Positions 22,901-31,845 of a DNA stretch of 55,808 bases are shown here, one piece after another; position 1 is the stretch's first letter, and every line of letters begins with the position of its first letter. The notes beneath the pieces are model-generated. The model saw only the letters and a list, made by a program, of their open reading frames with translations, did not search any database and was not told the origin of the DNA. The DNA lies in contig CAUYUJ010000131.1 of NCBI GenBank assembly GCA_963575745.1, forward strand, positions 62,001 through 117,808, in the 5' to 3' direction. Origin of the DNA: Prorocentrum cordatum (lineage: Eukaryota). Both the position numbers and the translations under genes were made by a program.

Positions 22901-24029
22901 AGGGCTTCTAGGAGTTCTAGTGGACTCGGGCCTCACGTTTCTGCCGTTGCTGCACAGTACGCTCGCGAGGGGCAGGTCGCTGTTTGACGAACTTTTGCAG
23001 GCGGCGGAGTGCGGGGGCTTCTCCATCCCAGTTGCCGCAGCTCAAGTCCCTCCCCGCATTGAGTCGGTAATCCTATACGCTTCCCCGTTGTTGGCCCTAG
23101 CCGAGGGGGCTGAAGGGGCCCTCAACCGCTCACAGGTAGAGTGGGGCCGCAAGCTGCTGGGCTGCAATGCTGGCCCGCCCGTGCGTCACAGCGTGGTCGT
23201 GGCCCAATGCGGGTGGCCTTTGAGGCTGGGCACGAAGTTTCTTGAGCGTGCCTTGCTAGCGCGAGCCAGGCTCGCAGTCCTCCCGCTCGACCACCCGGCG
23301 TCCCGAGCCTGGCAGGCATCCCGGTGCCTGCACGCCCCCTCTTGGGTTACTGCGGTAGCTGCGCTCGCTGGCCGCCTTCCGTCGCCGCCAGTGCAACTGG
23401 ACCGACACCCGGCATGCGCTGGGGAGCAGTTGGAGGCTGCGCGCGCCCATCCAGCGAGGCGCAGGGCCCTCCTGGAGTGGTACCGCTGGCAGGTCGTGCG
23501 CCCAGCGCTGTTGGAGTATGACCGGCAAGCATTCAGGAAGGCAGCGTCATGTGTTCTCCCGGCGTTGCGCCGTTCCTTCGCTGAGCTTTGCCCGGGCCCG
23601 TCCCTCCCTGACTGGAATCTTCTGGGCTGGGAGTCGTCTCCAAACTTTTGGAAGCATTACCGGTTGTGGGCCGTCATACGCATGACGGGCTGCTGGCCCC
23701 TTGCCGTGCTTGGCCAGGGTGGGCTGCCAGCCACGCTCTCGCGGTGCGGGGCATGCGGAGCGTCGAATGTAGCAGTCGACCATCCCCTGGTAGCGTGTCA
23801 GGCCACGGTTCAGCACCGTGCCCTCCTTGCGCGCGACGGCCCGCCCATGCAGGGCGCCGCCCCGGAGTTCGCCTTACAAGTCCTTTTTTCCGAGGGTCTC
23901 CCGTCGCGTGCGCGTGCTGCGCACGTCAGTTACGTGGGCGCTGCAGTTTTGCAGGCTGCTTGGCCAGCGCCGCCCCCTCCGCCTCCGCCTCCCCCTCCGC
24001 CTCCCCCCCCGCGCGCCCCCCCGAGCTAG
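19956..24029 (+). CDS. LINE ORF2-A, 1357 aa: APE-type endonuclease, reverse transcriptase, C-terminal Cys/His knuckle
   Basis: EN: GTLNPG, AFYP, GGDANVH, CIDLF, LSDH. RT: LRPIS, ADGKWAFD, GTAQG, QFVDD, LLGV. Knuckle: CGAC..DHPLVAC. Confidence 0.93.
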   Translation: MATEATSCVRRDQRGETQRQLSPFRAFCQAWLARSPRRLEAAAALRDALALLELLPPRPDHMLQEGGSALRALWAFADEVAYILRRILVPPLRALGQHAAAVGSPFAGPPPVEEVGPEREASCVPPARSVLRLGTLNPGRCGFLQLGADQLLEWRLEAVAFALDAQSVDICILPGARFPEGATLPQGFPYCWDGARSGSWDSVGIFFRPEVEHMLRPVPDFSSNREQWFEVWGGGAAPSPAVILCAFYPKHGGDTDTWKSIVAHAALCRHRYPRARLILGGDANVHLDYLADHVEPCSCAHCKQSPADREIQQWLVAAGLGAFNPPAPTHVSGTCIDLFIGMRDSPLPVKVLPDFIALSDHRLVMAEVPCQFTAPWAAGYGRVAWTSGPRWDEGLREISGTLSALSESVEAITCAPWLQPPWFGGRASRVQRRAVVNVAAWARDAAYTMVGHAAGATKVIGGKRRLSQTTARRLLNPACFTSHQEFKLEVARAAWGERRRAAHRYLHLREANPGAAERFLSSFFQVRTRFEVRLSDPSTGAALTPSAMVEAVRQDLFARDRNDFEQDPGAEEAMARQVSLIRSAGALEGAPARAPPYTDDEVHAVLSALKPGKRTIHGCYAALRAESPAGVRLTKALVNLARAAGVTAKIWSLRQITPLRKCGPTTVRALSALRPISIATEMASVQDALWIARNSGALEAYCGPCQQGGVGDALTLVIGLVVHAQLRHAQGLHTWWALADGKWAFDVASRHAMLVGVYNAGVRGPDWLILDDVLAQDHQCLSLHGLLSPVFMLSRGTAQGRRFSVHAFNTQLRGLADDIAKVLPEGCSTIVPPFARAALLDAEEVTPPAQCVEPPRGELQLDGVVQEVSLLAAAEESPWPQARRFLRGVLSALSSQADRVAVTERLGAYHVESPQFVDDITTPCPSEGAVRAVLSEEEWSACSRYARRVRARFNYDRGKTAVLPLLDAPPPLLAGAPVVRAKGLLGVLVDSGLTFLPLLHSTLARGRSLFDELLQAAECGGFSIPVAAAQVPPRIESVILYASPLLALAEGAEGALNRSQVEWGRKLLGCNAGPPVRHSVVVAQCGWPLRLGTKFLERALLARARLAVLPLDHPASRAWQASRCLHAPSWVTAVAALAGRLPSPPVQLDRHPACAGEQLEAARAHPARRRALLEWYRWQVVRPALLEYDRQAFRKAASCVLPALRRSFAELCPGPSLPDWNLLGWESSPNFWKHYRLWAVIRMTGCWPLAVLGQGGLPATLSRCGACGASNVAVDHPLVACQATVQHRALLARDGPPMQGAAPEFALQVLFSEGLPSRARAAHVSYVGAAVLQAAWPAPPPPPPPPPPPPPPRAPPS

Positions 24030-24283
24030 AGTGGTTTCGTTCCCGCAACCAAGCCAGGGTGGTCTGAGGCACAACCTGCTATGCCGTATCCCTAGACAGG
24101 CGCTTGTTGGCCCTGCCCGGTTGTCCGTCCGCCGCGTGGGCTGCGAGGGGAGGGGGAACACGGGCGCGTGCCTCATGTGATCGAGCCTCCCCGCTCCGGC
24201 CGCCCCAGGAAGGTCCCGCGCTGCCCGTCCGGCGTGGGCGGGGAGGGCGGCAGGCAGAGAGGCTGGCGATGTGTGGGCAAGAT

Positions 24284-24450
24284 GGGGTGTGAAAGACCAC
24301 TACCTGACGGCGTACATATCCTCCCTCGGAGCGGCTGGTACCAGCAGCTGCGAGGGGCGGCGCGCCCGGGGCCGGGCGGCGGGCGCCCCGCGGGCGCCCG
24401 GCGCGGGACCCGGAGTGTGCTGTATGAGCGCGAAACGAAACGAACGACAA
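24284..24450 (+). other. Conserved 3'-UTR motif of LINE A
   Basis: GGGGTGTGAAAGACCAC...GGGGCCGGGCG...CCGGCGCG.GACCCG...TGTATGAGCG..AAA; matches 36557-36712. Confidence 0.6.
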
Positions 24451-24623
24451 GCGATTCAGCGGGGTAGGGGGGACGTAACATGAGCCAACGCTGCGCCACG
24501 CCCCATCCAGGCATGTCCTCGACAAGCACCACTTTCCCTTCATTGCCTTCCCTCGGCACACCCAACATTCACGAAAGCACTCATCAAACCCAAACTCACA
24601 CAAACACAGCAATGCACTCATCA

Positions 24624-24820
24624 TTTTTTTTTCTTGGCCTCTGCATCGGCGGCCACAGGTCGAGCGCTCGCCGCGCGCCGCGCGGCGCGCGCCCGGCCCG
24701 CGGGCCCCCACGGCGCCCGAGCGCGTCCCCCAAGAGAGAGGTGGACGAGATGGAACGCAGGGTGCCCCCGTCTCGGGTCGGGTCTTTCACCGCCCTTCGT
24801 AGGGCCCCCCGTGAGAATAT
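24624..24820 (-). other. Conserved structured motif B, copy 2, ending in a short A tract
   Basis: Homologous ends to 10270-10435; lies 3' of the minus-strand ORF2 fragment and ends in AAGAAAAAAAAA. Confidence 0.6.
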
Positions 24821-25679
24821 GAATACTCGCAGCCAACGCCGATCCACCCTCCCACGTGCACCCCGAGATGACGGCACCAGCCCTCAAAAAAGCGAGTGGC
24901 CGGCCCCCCCATCCCAAGGGAGACGCATGGGGGTTGGCCCCGCGCGTGCGGCCGGCAAAGGGAGTGGAGAGCATGACAAACAACAAGAAGACGAACAAGG
25001 ACAATTGAGTGCAAAAGCAAACAACAAAAAGAGGGCAAAGCAGATGCATCGGATAGGACACGTGGCCTAGACCCAGTACACTGTGCCCTGTGAGCGGTAC
25101 AAAATATCCAAGAACGACGACCGCAGTACGACTGTGAAGCAGGAGTAAGATCAACAAAAGGTGGAAACACAGGAACAAAAAGAAAGTGTAATGTGAATAG
25201 GCACAAACACTGCATGGTAAAGAAGAAGCTGTAAAGACGGCCAAACAAGGAGAGGGGCAGAAGGAAGAAGAAGAAAGGCACGAACGAAGGCAGGGACAAG
25301 GAAGGGAGGGGGAGGGGCGCAAGGGGGAGGAGGGACAGGGCAGAGAACGCGGGTTCGGCCTTGGGGAAAGGGTTCCACACAGGAATCGCCCTTCTGGTCT
25401 GCAGGACCGACGGGGGGCGCACCGTCAAACCAGGGGACGGAATTAGCACTGCTGGAAAAAAAAAAACATCATACGAGAGGGCACGGCACACCACGGCAAA
25501 CACCAAACAGCACGACACGGCACGGCCACGCAGACAGAAACGGCACGTTATTTACAAAGGCACGCACACACGGGAGCGACAATCTTCCATTCAAGTGAAG
25601 CATGGAAAATGAGAGCAACAGAGAAGAGAGATGATGATGGAAAGGGGCAGCAGGGGTGCACTGTAATGTTTCCTGGCCG

Positions 25680-26130
25680 TCCTGCCTTCGTGCTCGCGGC
25701 GCTCGACCAGCGGCCGGCTGTGATGGAAGAGAAACTCTGAGACTTGGGCGCCACAGGAGGGCGGAGGCAGAGGTAGCCGGGACCAGAGGGGAGCCCGGTG
25801 AGTGGCTGTCGCGGGGCACGCGTAAAGGGCGTGCCAGATGTCCACGTCCAGCGCGCCGCAGCTGCCGCAACGCGGCAGGGTGGTAACGCAAAGCGGAGCT
25901 CCCAAGACCTGAAGCGGCCAGCAGCCCGACACGCGAACAACCGCCCACAAGCGAAAGTGAAGCCACGAGGCAGGCCCAAAGGCACGGTCCAGCATGTCCC
26001 ACTGCAGCCCTGGCAACCCTATAGGCCAAGCCAAGAAAGGCAAGCGAAAGACAGGCAAGGCAGCGGCAGTCGCCCGTTGGAACGCGGCAAGATTAAGCGC
26101 CCGCGAAGGGCCAATCAACCACGTCCGGGA
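25680..26130 (-). pseudogene. 3' end of ORF2 of an older antisense member of the same LINE family
   Basis: FRLWAVVRVSGCWPLQVLG...LPRCGSCGALDVDIWHALYACPAT aligns with YRLWAVIRMTGCWPLAVLG...LSRCGACGASNVAVDHPLVACQAT of ORF2-A. Confidence 0.88.
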
Positions 26131-27031
26131 GGCTAGGTTTGGTGATCGGGGCAATTTATTTTGTTCGAAATGTAGGCCTGTTGTCTGCTCTTTTATTGAA
26201 TCTTGTGCCATCGTGGATTCTGAATCCAAAACAGCGATCTTGCGAACGCTTGAAGCCTTCATCGATCGGGATGCTGGCTCGGGCCGCGCTATAGATTCAG
26301 AGGGCCGCCATCACTCCGGTGTCTACCAGAGGCGTACTTGTCGCATTCTTTTTAATCAGGATCGCACATCTCGCCGCCTTGAAACACAGTTGGCTCCGAT
26401 TTTACAGGACGACTTGGCGGCAACAAAGATTGGGCAGATTTTTAGTGATGCGAATTTTTCGGCTAAGCGGTCCGAAGTGGATAACGAAAATCCAGATTGG
26501 GAAGAGCCGGCTGCCGGAGATGCCGTCCCAACGGTGCCCGGTAAATGGTTTGATTTCTTCTGCGGGTTTCCTAGCGTAGGTCCCTTCAAGTCATTATTTT
26601 GCTTGTATTGGCTCGGGACTACGGCTGTATCTGAGACCATTCGGATGGAGTGCAGACATTCCTTGGAAACTCATGTGATAGCAGACTGGGGCACAGGGCG
26701 TGCCCTGGCCGAGATAGCCAAAGACTGTGACCCAGATGGAAGAGTCCGAGCGGCGCTTCCGTTGAAGCAGCGGGATTCTTCCGCTCACGCTATCCGGCGT
26801 TGCTCTATTCTTCTCATTATTTTGTATTATTCCCCATTTGGTGATGCTATGCTGCGCGTTCTTCTCCCGCATGCGCGTGCCCACCGTGTCTGGAATTTCT
26901 CTCTTTTGCATTTGGAATTTGTGTTGTGTGAGCTGCGGAAAGCTTCAAGCAGTGTAGGCAGATTCAAGTATTATACTGACACTCCGTTGGAGCACCCGAG
27001 TGATAAAGTCGTTGTTCCCTCCTGGAGCTAA
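26130..27031 (+). CDS. ORF0-B (5'-truncated); aGPT-Pplase1/5hmU-DNA kinase helical domain-like
   Basis: Frame of track ORF 25994..27031. Motifs in order: TCRILFNQDRTS, GFPSVGPF, IADWGTGRALAEI, LHLEFVLCELRK. The ATG at 25994 lies in the antisense LINE and is probably not the real start. Confidence 0.6.
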
Positions 27032-27241
27032 GGGAATTGTTGCTCATTTGGTGATTTGTGTTTGGATATGTTTTAGCCGCTTGCCCAACAGTAATGCCAT
27101 CCATCGCGCGTTGGATATTCTTGGTTTTGGATATCGTATGACCCAATCAATGTTGAAGCAATTTGAGGGGGTAGTTATTATTTTGTTGTGCTTTTGCAGT
27201 GCCTATGATTGTGGCGGCTTGGGCCGGGGGCTGGAAAGAGC

Positions 27242-27464
27242 GCCCGTTGCTTTGCTTCTCTGCTTGTCTGCGTGAGTCGATTCCTCGAGGGAGCGTGCCG
27301 GCAACACGGCGGCAGCTGGGAAGATGGCGGGGGCGGCCATCTTCCCACCCCGTCTGGGGGTGCCCACCCCGGCGTTCGGCCGGGGGGACCGGGGGGACGT
27401 GGGGCATGCGGCAGGTGGGAAGACGTGAGGGGCGCCCATCTTCCCACCCCCCTGGGCGTCGCCG

Positions 27465-27501
<37 letters not shown>

Positions 27502-28520
27502 CGTGGTCGTCGTCGCCGTCGTCGTCGTCGTCGTTGCCGCCGTCTTTCGTCGTCGCCATTGTACCAGCGGCGCGTGGAGGGCTCTGCCAGGCGCCCCAAA
27601 GGCATGGAGCCCGCAACGCGTGCGGACGGGAAGCAGGGGGGACGCTGTCGACCCCCCACCAGCCCACGGCCGCTGCCGGGAAGAAGGTGGGGGCAGCCAT
27701 CTTCCCACCCCACCTCCTGGCGTGCCCCCCCTCTCGGCGTCCGGGCTGGGGGTAACTGGCGTGTCTGACGAGGCAGGCTGCTGGTGGGAAGATGGAGGGG
27801 GCGCCCGTCTTCCCACCCCCTTGTCGCACTTGCGCACGGCCGAAGCTGGGAAGATGGCGGGGGCGGTCGTCTTCCCACCCCCTCTCGGGTGTGCCCCCCG
27901 CGCACGGTCGCAACCGGGAAGATGGCGGGGGCGGCCGTCTTCCCACCCCCCTCCGGGGTCCCCTCTCGGCGCCCGGGTGGGGGAGACCAAAGTGTCCGAC
28001 GTGGGACAAGCGGCTGGTGGGAAGACGAGGGGGGCGCCCATCTTCCCACCCCCCCCTGGCGTCGCCGTCGCCTCCCCCCCCGTGCTGCCCCCCCCTCCCT
28101 CCTCCCTTGCCTGTCCCTCCCCTCTCCCCTCCCTCCCTCCCTTCCCTCCTCCCTGGCCTGCCCCCCCCCCCCGGCCGCCAAGGGAGATCTTCCCTTTTTC
28201 CGCTGGCCACCAGCGCGCCAGGCCGCAGGTGGGAAGATCGCGGGGGCGGCCGTCTTCCCACCCCCGGCCGCCGGTCGTCCCCCCCTCCTTCCTTGCTGCG
28301 CGCCAGCACCCCGCATCGCCGGCAGGGTGCTGTAGGGGCAGGGCTGTCCCGCTCTCCAGGCGCGGGTGGGAAGACGAGGGGGGGCGCCGTCTTCCCACCC
28401 CCTGGCTGGCCTCCCCGACAGCCGCCCGTCTGGGGGGGTGTCGCCCTCCCCCGCTTCGCAGGCCACCAGCGCGCCGGGCCGCAGGTGGGAAGATCATGGG
28501 GGCGGCCGTCTTCCCACCCC
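27242..28520. repeat. Array of 10 palindromic ~36-bp repeats (GGGAAGA...TCTTCCCACCCC) with variable spacers; includes (GTC)n at ~27457-27555
   Basis: Copies begin near 27316, 27414, 27677, 27783, 27846, 27915, 28016, 28228, 28365 and 28484. Confidence 0.9.
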
Positions 28521-28883
28521 CCCTCCTCCGAAGCTTGCGCCCGTCCCCGCAAGCGTATCCAAGTCATGTTTGTCGTCGTGATAACGGAGGTTCGGATTCC
28601 ACGGAGCCCTGCAATCCGTACGCTGTGCGTTCCTGCCGCCGCCCTCCCCCCTCCCCCGCCGTGCTGTGCGTGTGCCGTGTGTTTGTTCTGGCCGTGTCGT
28701 GTTGTGCCGTGGGGTTGCCGTGTCGTGTTGGTGCGGATTGTCGCGTTTCTCACATATGCAGGACCGGACCTCCGTCTTTATTTTTCCCGGTGGAACGTGT
28801 GCTCAAGGGCTTGCCACGCCACGCGCCGCCCGGTCCCTGCCCGCGCCCCGGAGCCCGCAACCCGGCCCCTCGGCCCCGCCGCG

Positions 28884-30518
28884 ATGCCGGTGGAGCGCAA
28901 CAGGAACCGGGACCGGGAGCGGAGCCGTAGTCGTGATCGGGACCGGGACCGCGACCGGGATCGCGACCGGGACCGCGACCGGGACCGGGACCGGGACCGG
29001 GACCGTGGCCGCCGGGACCGTCGGCGCCGCTGCAGCTCAAGGTCTTCTGAGCAGCCGGCCCCTGAGCAGACGTGTAGCCCGACAGAAGTGGCTGACTCGC
29101 CAGAGCGTGGCTTGTCGGCTGAGCTGAGTGCCATGCTGCCGTCTCAGCCAGTTACCCCGCGCCCGATTGAGGCCCCCCCCGGGGACTTCAGCGCTTTCCC
29201 CGGGGCGGCGCCGAAGGCTCGTGCAGTGCTCTCCCCGGCGCCCCCGGCGCGCGGCTTGGCGGTCTCTCCGCCGGAGGGGTGGGTCGGCGCGGCGCCTTTG
29301 TCGCCGCTGCCACCGCCCCCGCCGCCGCCGCCGCCGCCTGTCGCAGCGAATTCACCGGTGAGGCGGCAGCCCGCCCCCGAGGCGAAGTCCCCGGGCCCTC
29401 CGGACTTGTCGCCGCCGCCGCTGCCGGCGGGATGGGAGTCTCGCCGTGCGCCGTCTGGGGCTTTGTTCTTCCAGAACAGGCGTACAGGGGAAAGCCGGTG
29501 GGACCACCCGGGCACGGGCCCTGCTCTCCCAGTTCCGGCCCCTGCCCGCGCCACCGCAGACGCATCTGCTGCTCCGGAGGGGGCGCCGCCGGGGGGCGCG
29601 GCGACCCCGCCGATGGCAGCGTGGGCGAGGGCCGCGTTGCAGCTCACAGCGCCTGTGGTGGTGGCACCCGTGGCGGCTTCACCTGAAGCGATCCGTTCGC
29701 TGCGCCTGGAGCTGGAGGCCCTTCAGGCAGCGCGTCCGGATTGGGAGGAGTTTCGCGACCCCACCGGGGGCCAGATTTTGTGGTTCCAGAGGTCTACCCA
29801 GCAGGTGGTGATGCACCGGCCACCTGAAGTTGCAGCGTGGATCTCCCGCACCGCCGCCTTGAATGAGGAGATCAGCGAGCTATCGCGGTCCCGCGACCGC
29901 TCGCCTGCCGGGGTCCCGGCCGGCCCCGCTTCGCAGGCTCCCCCCCTGCAGGACGCGGCGGCTGGTGGCGCTGTGCCAAATGACGCCGCGCTTGCGACCC
30001 CCGCCCAGTCGCTCGCGCGTTTCACCAGGGCATCTGAGCTAGATGGGGCCGTGGGTGCCTGGCACAGCAGGCTCCACACTGCGGTGGGGGGGTCGACGGA
30101 CGGTCGCGTTGCCATGGAGGCGACGTTCCACACGCGGTGCTTGTCCCAGGGCGACCTGCATGCAATCGTCAGGGCGATGGGCGTCCACATCGAGGCTGCG
30201 GCTCCGAAGGGGCGCGGGGCACGGCCCGCCCTGGCCCCGCCTTTTGGCTTTGCCACGGGCGATTTTCATCAGCCCGCCGTCGAAGTCACTTGGAGGACGG
30301 GGCCGTTACTGAAGCTCACGATACAGCTCGTGAACAAGCGGCAGGGGCGCATTGTCGTCAAGGGCAAGAGGGCGGCTTTCGACGCCAATTTGGAAGAGCT
30401 CTTAATGTTTCTGGGGCCTGTCGCCGAGATTAGGACGGCTACGGCCCCGGCCCCGGCAGTGCACGGCGCCCCGGCCCCCCCGCGCGTGCGGGCGCGGGAC
30501 ATGTTGGGCCCTGGCTAG
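28884..30518 (+). CDS. LINE ORF1-B, 544 aa: RD/RS repeat, poly-Pro, WW, WW-like/coiled coil, conserved C-terminal domain
   Basis: PLPAGWESRRAPSGALFFQNRRTGESRWDHP; collinear with ORF1-A. Confidence 0.85.
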   Translation: MPVERNRNRDRERSRSRDRDRDRDRDRDRDRDRDRDRDRDRGRRDRRRRCSSRSSEQPAPEQTCSPTEVADSPERGLSAELSAMLPSQPVTPRPIEAPPGDFSAFPGAAPKARAVLSPAPPARGLAVSPPEGWVGAAPLSPLPPPPPPPPPPVAANSPVRRQPAPEAKSPGPPDLSPPPLPAGWESRRAPSGALFFQNRRTGESRWDHPGTGPALPVPAPARATADASAAPEGAPPGGAATPPMAAWARAALQLTAPVVVAPVAASPEAIRSLRLELEALQAARPDWEEFRDPTGGQILWFQRSTQQVVMHRPPEVAAWISRTAALNEEISELSRSRDRSPAGVPAGPASQAPPLQDAAAGGAVPNDAALATPAQSLARFTRASELDGAVGAWHSRLHTAVGGSTDGRVAMEATFHTRCLSQGDLHAIVRAMGVHIEAAAPKGRGARPALAPPFGFATGDFHQPAVEVTWRTGPLLKLTIQLVNKRQGRIVVKGKRAAFDANLEELLMFLGPVAEIRTATAPAPAVHGAPAPPRVRARDMLGPG

Positions 30519-30796
30519 TCTCGCCGCCCCACCCCCGCTTGCCTCGCCAGCAAGCGCTCGCGGCCCGGTTGGAGACCGGTGTCCTCGTTGAAGCCTCCTA
30601 GTGAGTCGTGTGCCCCACTCCAGCGCCCCCCTCTAATGTCGGCGTCGCCAGCGGGGGAGGGGGTGGGCGTGCCCCCGTCGCCCCCGCTGTCGGGGCGGAC
30701 AGCCGAAGCTCCTGTCCAGTTTGCCTGTCGCACTTGTTCTTTCCTCGATCTCCTTATGCCCTGTCATTGCCCGGGCTACGACGTTGTTTTTTCTCT

Positions 30797-30976
30797 TCGG
30801 CCCCGAGAAGCCTAGATGCGCGATGCCGCATGAGCTCGCGCAGATCTGCACGCGCTTGCCCGACTTGCAGGCTAGGGCCCCAGCGCTAATTCGTCCTGCA
30901 TAAAGAGTGTCTTTGGACGTGGCGCTTGGGGAGCGGCAAGGCCCGGGCGCGTTGTGCAAAGGAAAAGGCGCCTCGC
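30797..30976 (+). ncRNA. Conserved structured inter-ORF RNA element, copy B
   Basis: Homologous to 19199-19380. Confidence 0.65.
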
Positions 30977-31184
30977 GCGGGAAGCCGTCCCACTTACATT
31001 GTCTTCTGCTCGCGCTGTCTCGAGCTCATTGCGTGCAACGTCCGGCTTCGCAGCGATGTCCCCCGCGCTTATCTTGCATGCAGCGCGTGCTCACATGGCG
31101 CAGTCACCTTGTCCTTTCTCTGTTCGCGGTAGCACGCGCGTGCGGGGTCATGCTTCACTGCGTCTTTGTTCAGCTTCCACGTCA

Positions 31185-31587
31185 GCCCGTTGCTTTGCTT
31201 CTCTGCTCGTCTGCGTGAGTCGGCTCCTCGAGGGAGCGTGCCGGCAACACGGCGGCAGCTGGGAAGATGGCGGGGGGGGCCATCTTCCCACCCCTCCTGG
31301 GGGTGCCCACCCCGGCGTTCGGCCGGGGGGGCCGGGGGGACGTGGGGCTTGCGGCAGGTGGGAAGCAATGCGTGCGGCTGGGAAGCAGGGGGGAGGCTGT
31401 CGACCACCCACCTGCCCACGGCCGCTGCCGGGAAGACGGTGGGGGCGGCCATCTTCCCACCCCACCTCCTGGCGAGCCCCCCCCCTCTCGGCGTCCCGCT
31501 GGGGGTGACCAGCGTGTCTGACGAGGTCAGGCAGCAGGTGGGAAGATGGAGGGGGCGCCCGTCTTCCCACCCCCTTGTCGCACTTGC
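31185..31587. repeat. Second copy of the palindromic-repeat cassette (3 full and 1 half repeat)
   Basis: Close match to 27242-27833 with an internal deletion; absent from the copy A spacer. Confidence 0.88.
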
Positions 31588-31845
31588 ATGTCGCCGTGTG
31601 GTCGTGTCTTTCCCAGGCCACAGTGTTGCGCGCACGCAAGTCCCCACGTGCTTACATTCTATTGTCCCGTTGTCCCCTTCTCACGCCGTGTTGTGCTTGC
31701 ATGCAAAATCCTGCCTTGCAGCGGCGATGCGGCCCCCGCCCCTTGATTGCTTGCTGCGCCGTCGTCGTCGTCTCGCATTTCCCCTACCCCGTGCCACCCC
31801 TGCTCCGATAGGGCTCGAGCTAACGCCCTCTGGAGCGCCGAAGCG

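Noticed and set aside
27316..28520. CRISPR array
   Set aside because: Eukaryotic context, no cas genes, very uneven spacer lengths, spacers partly related to each other and degenerate repeats
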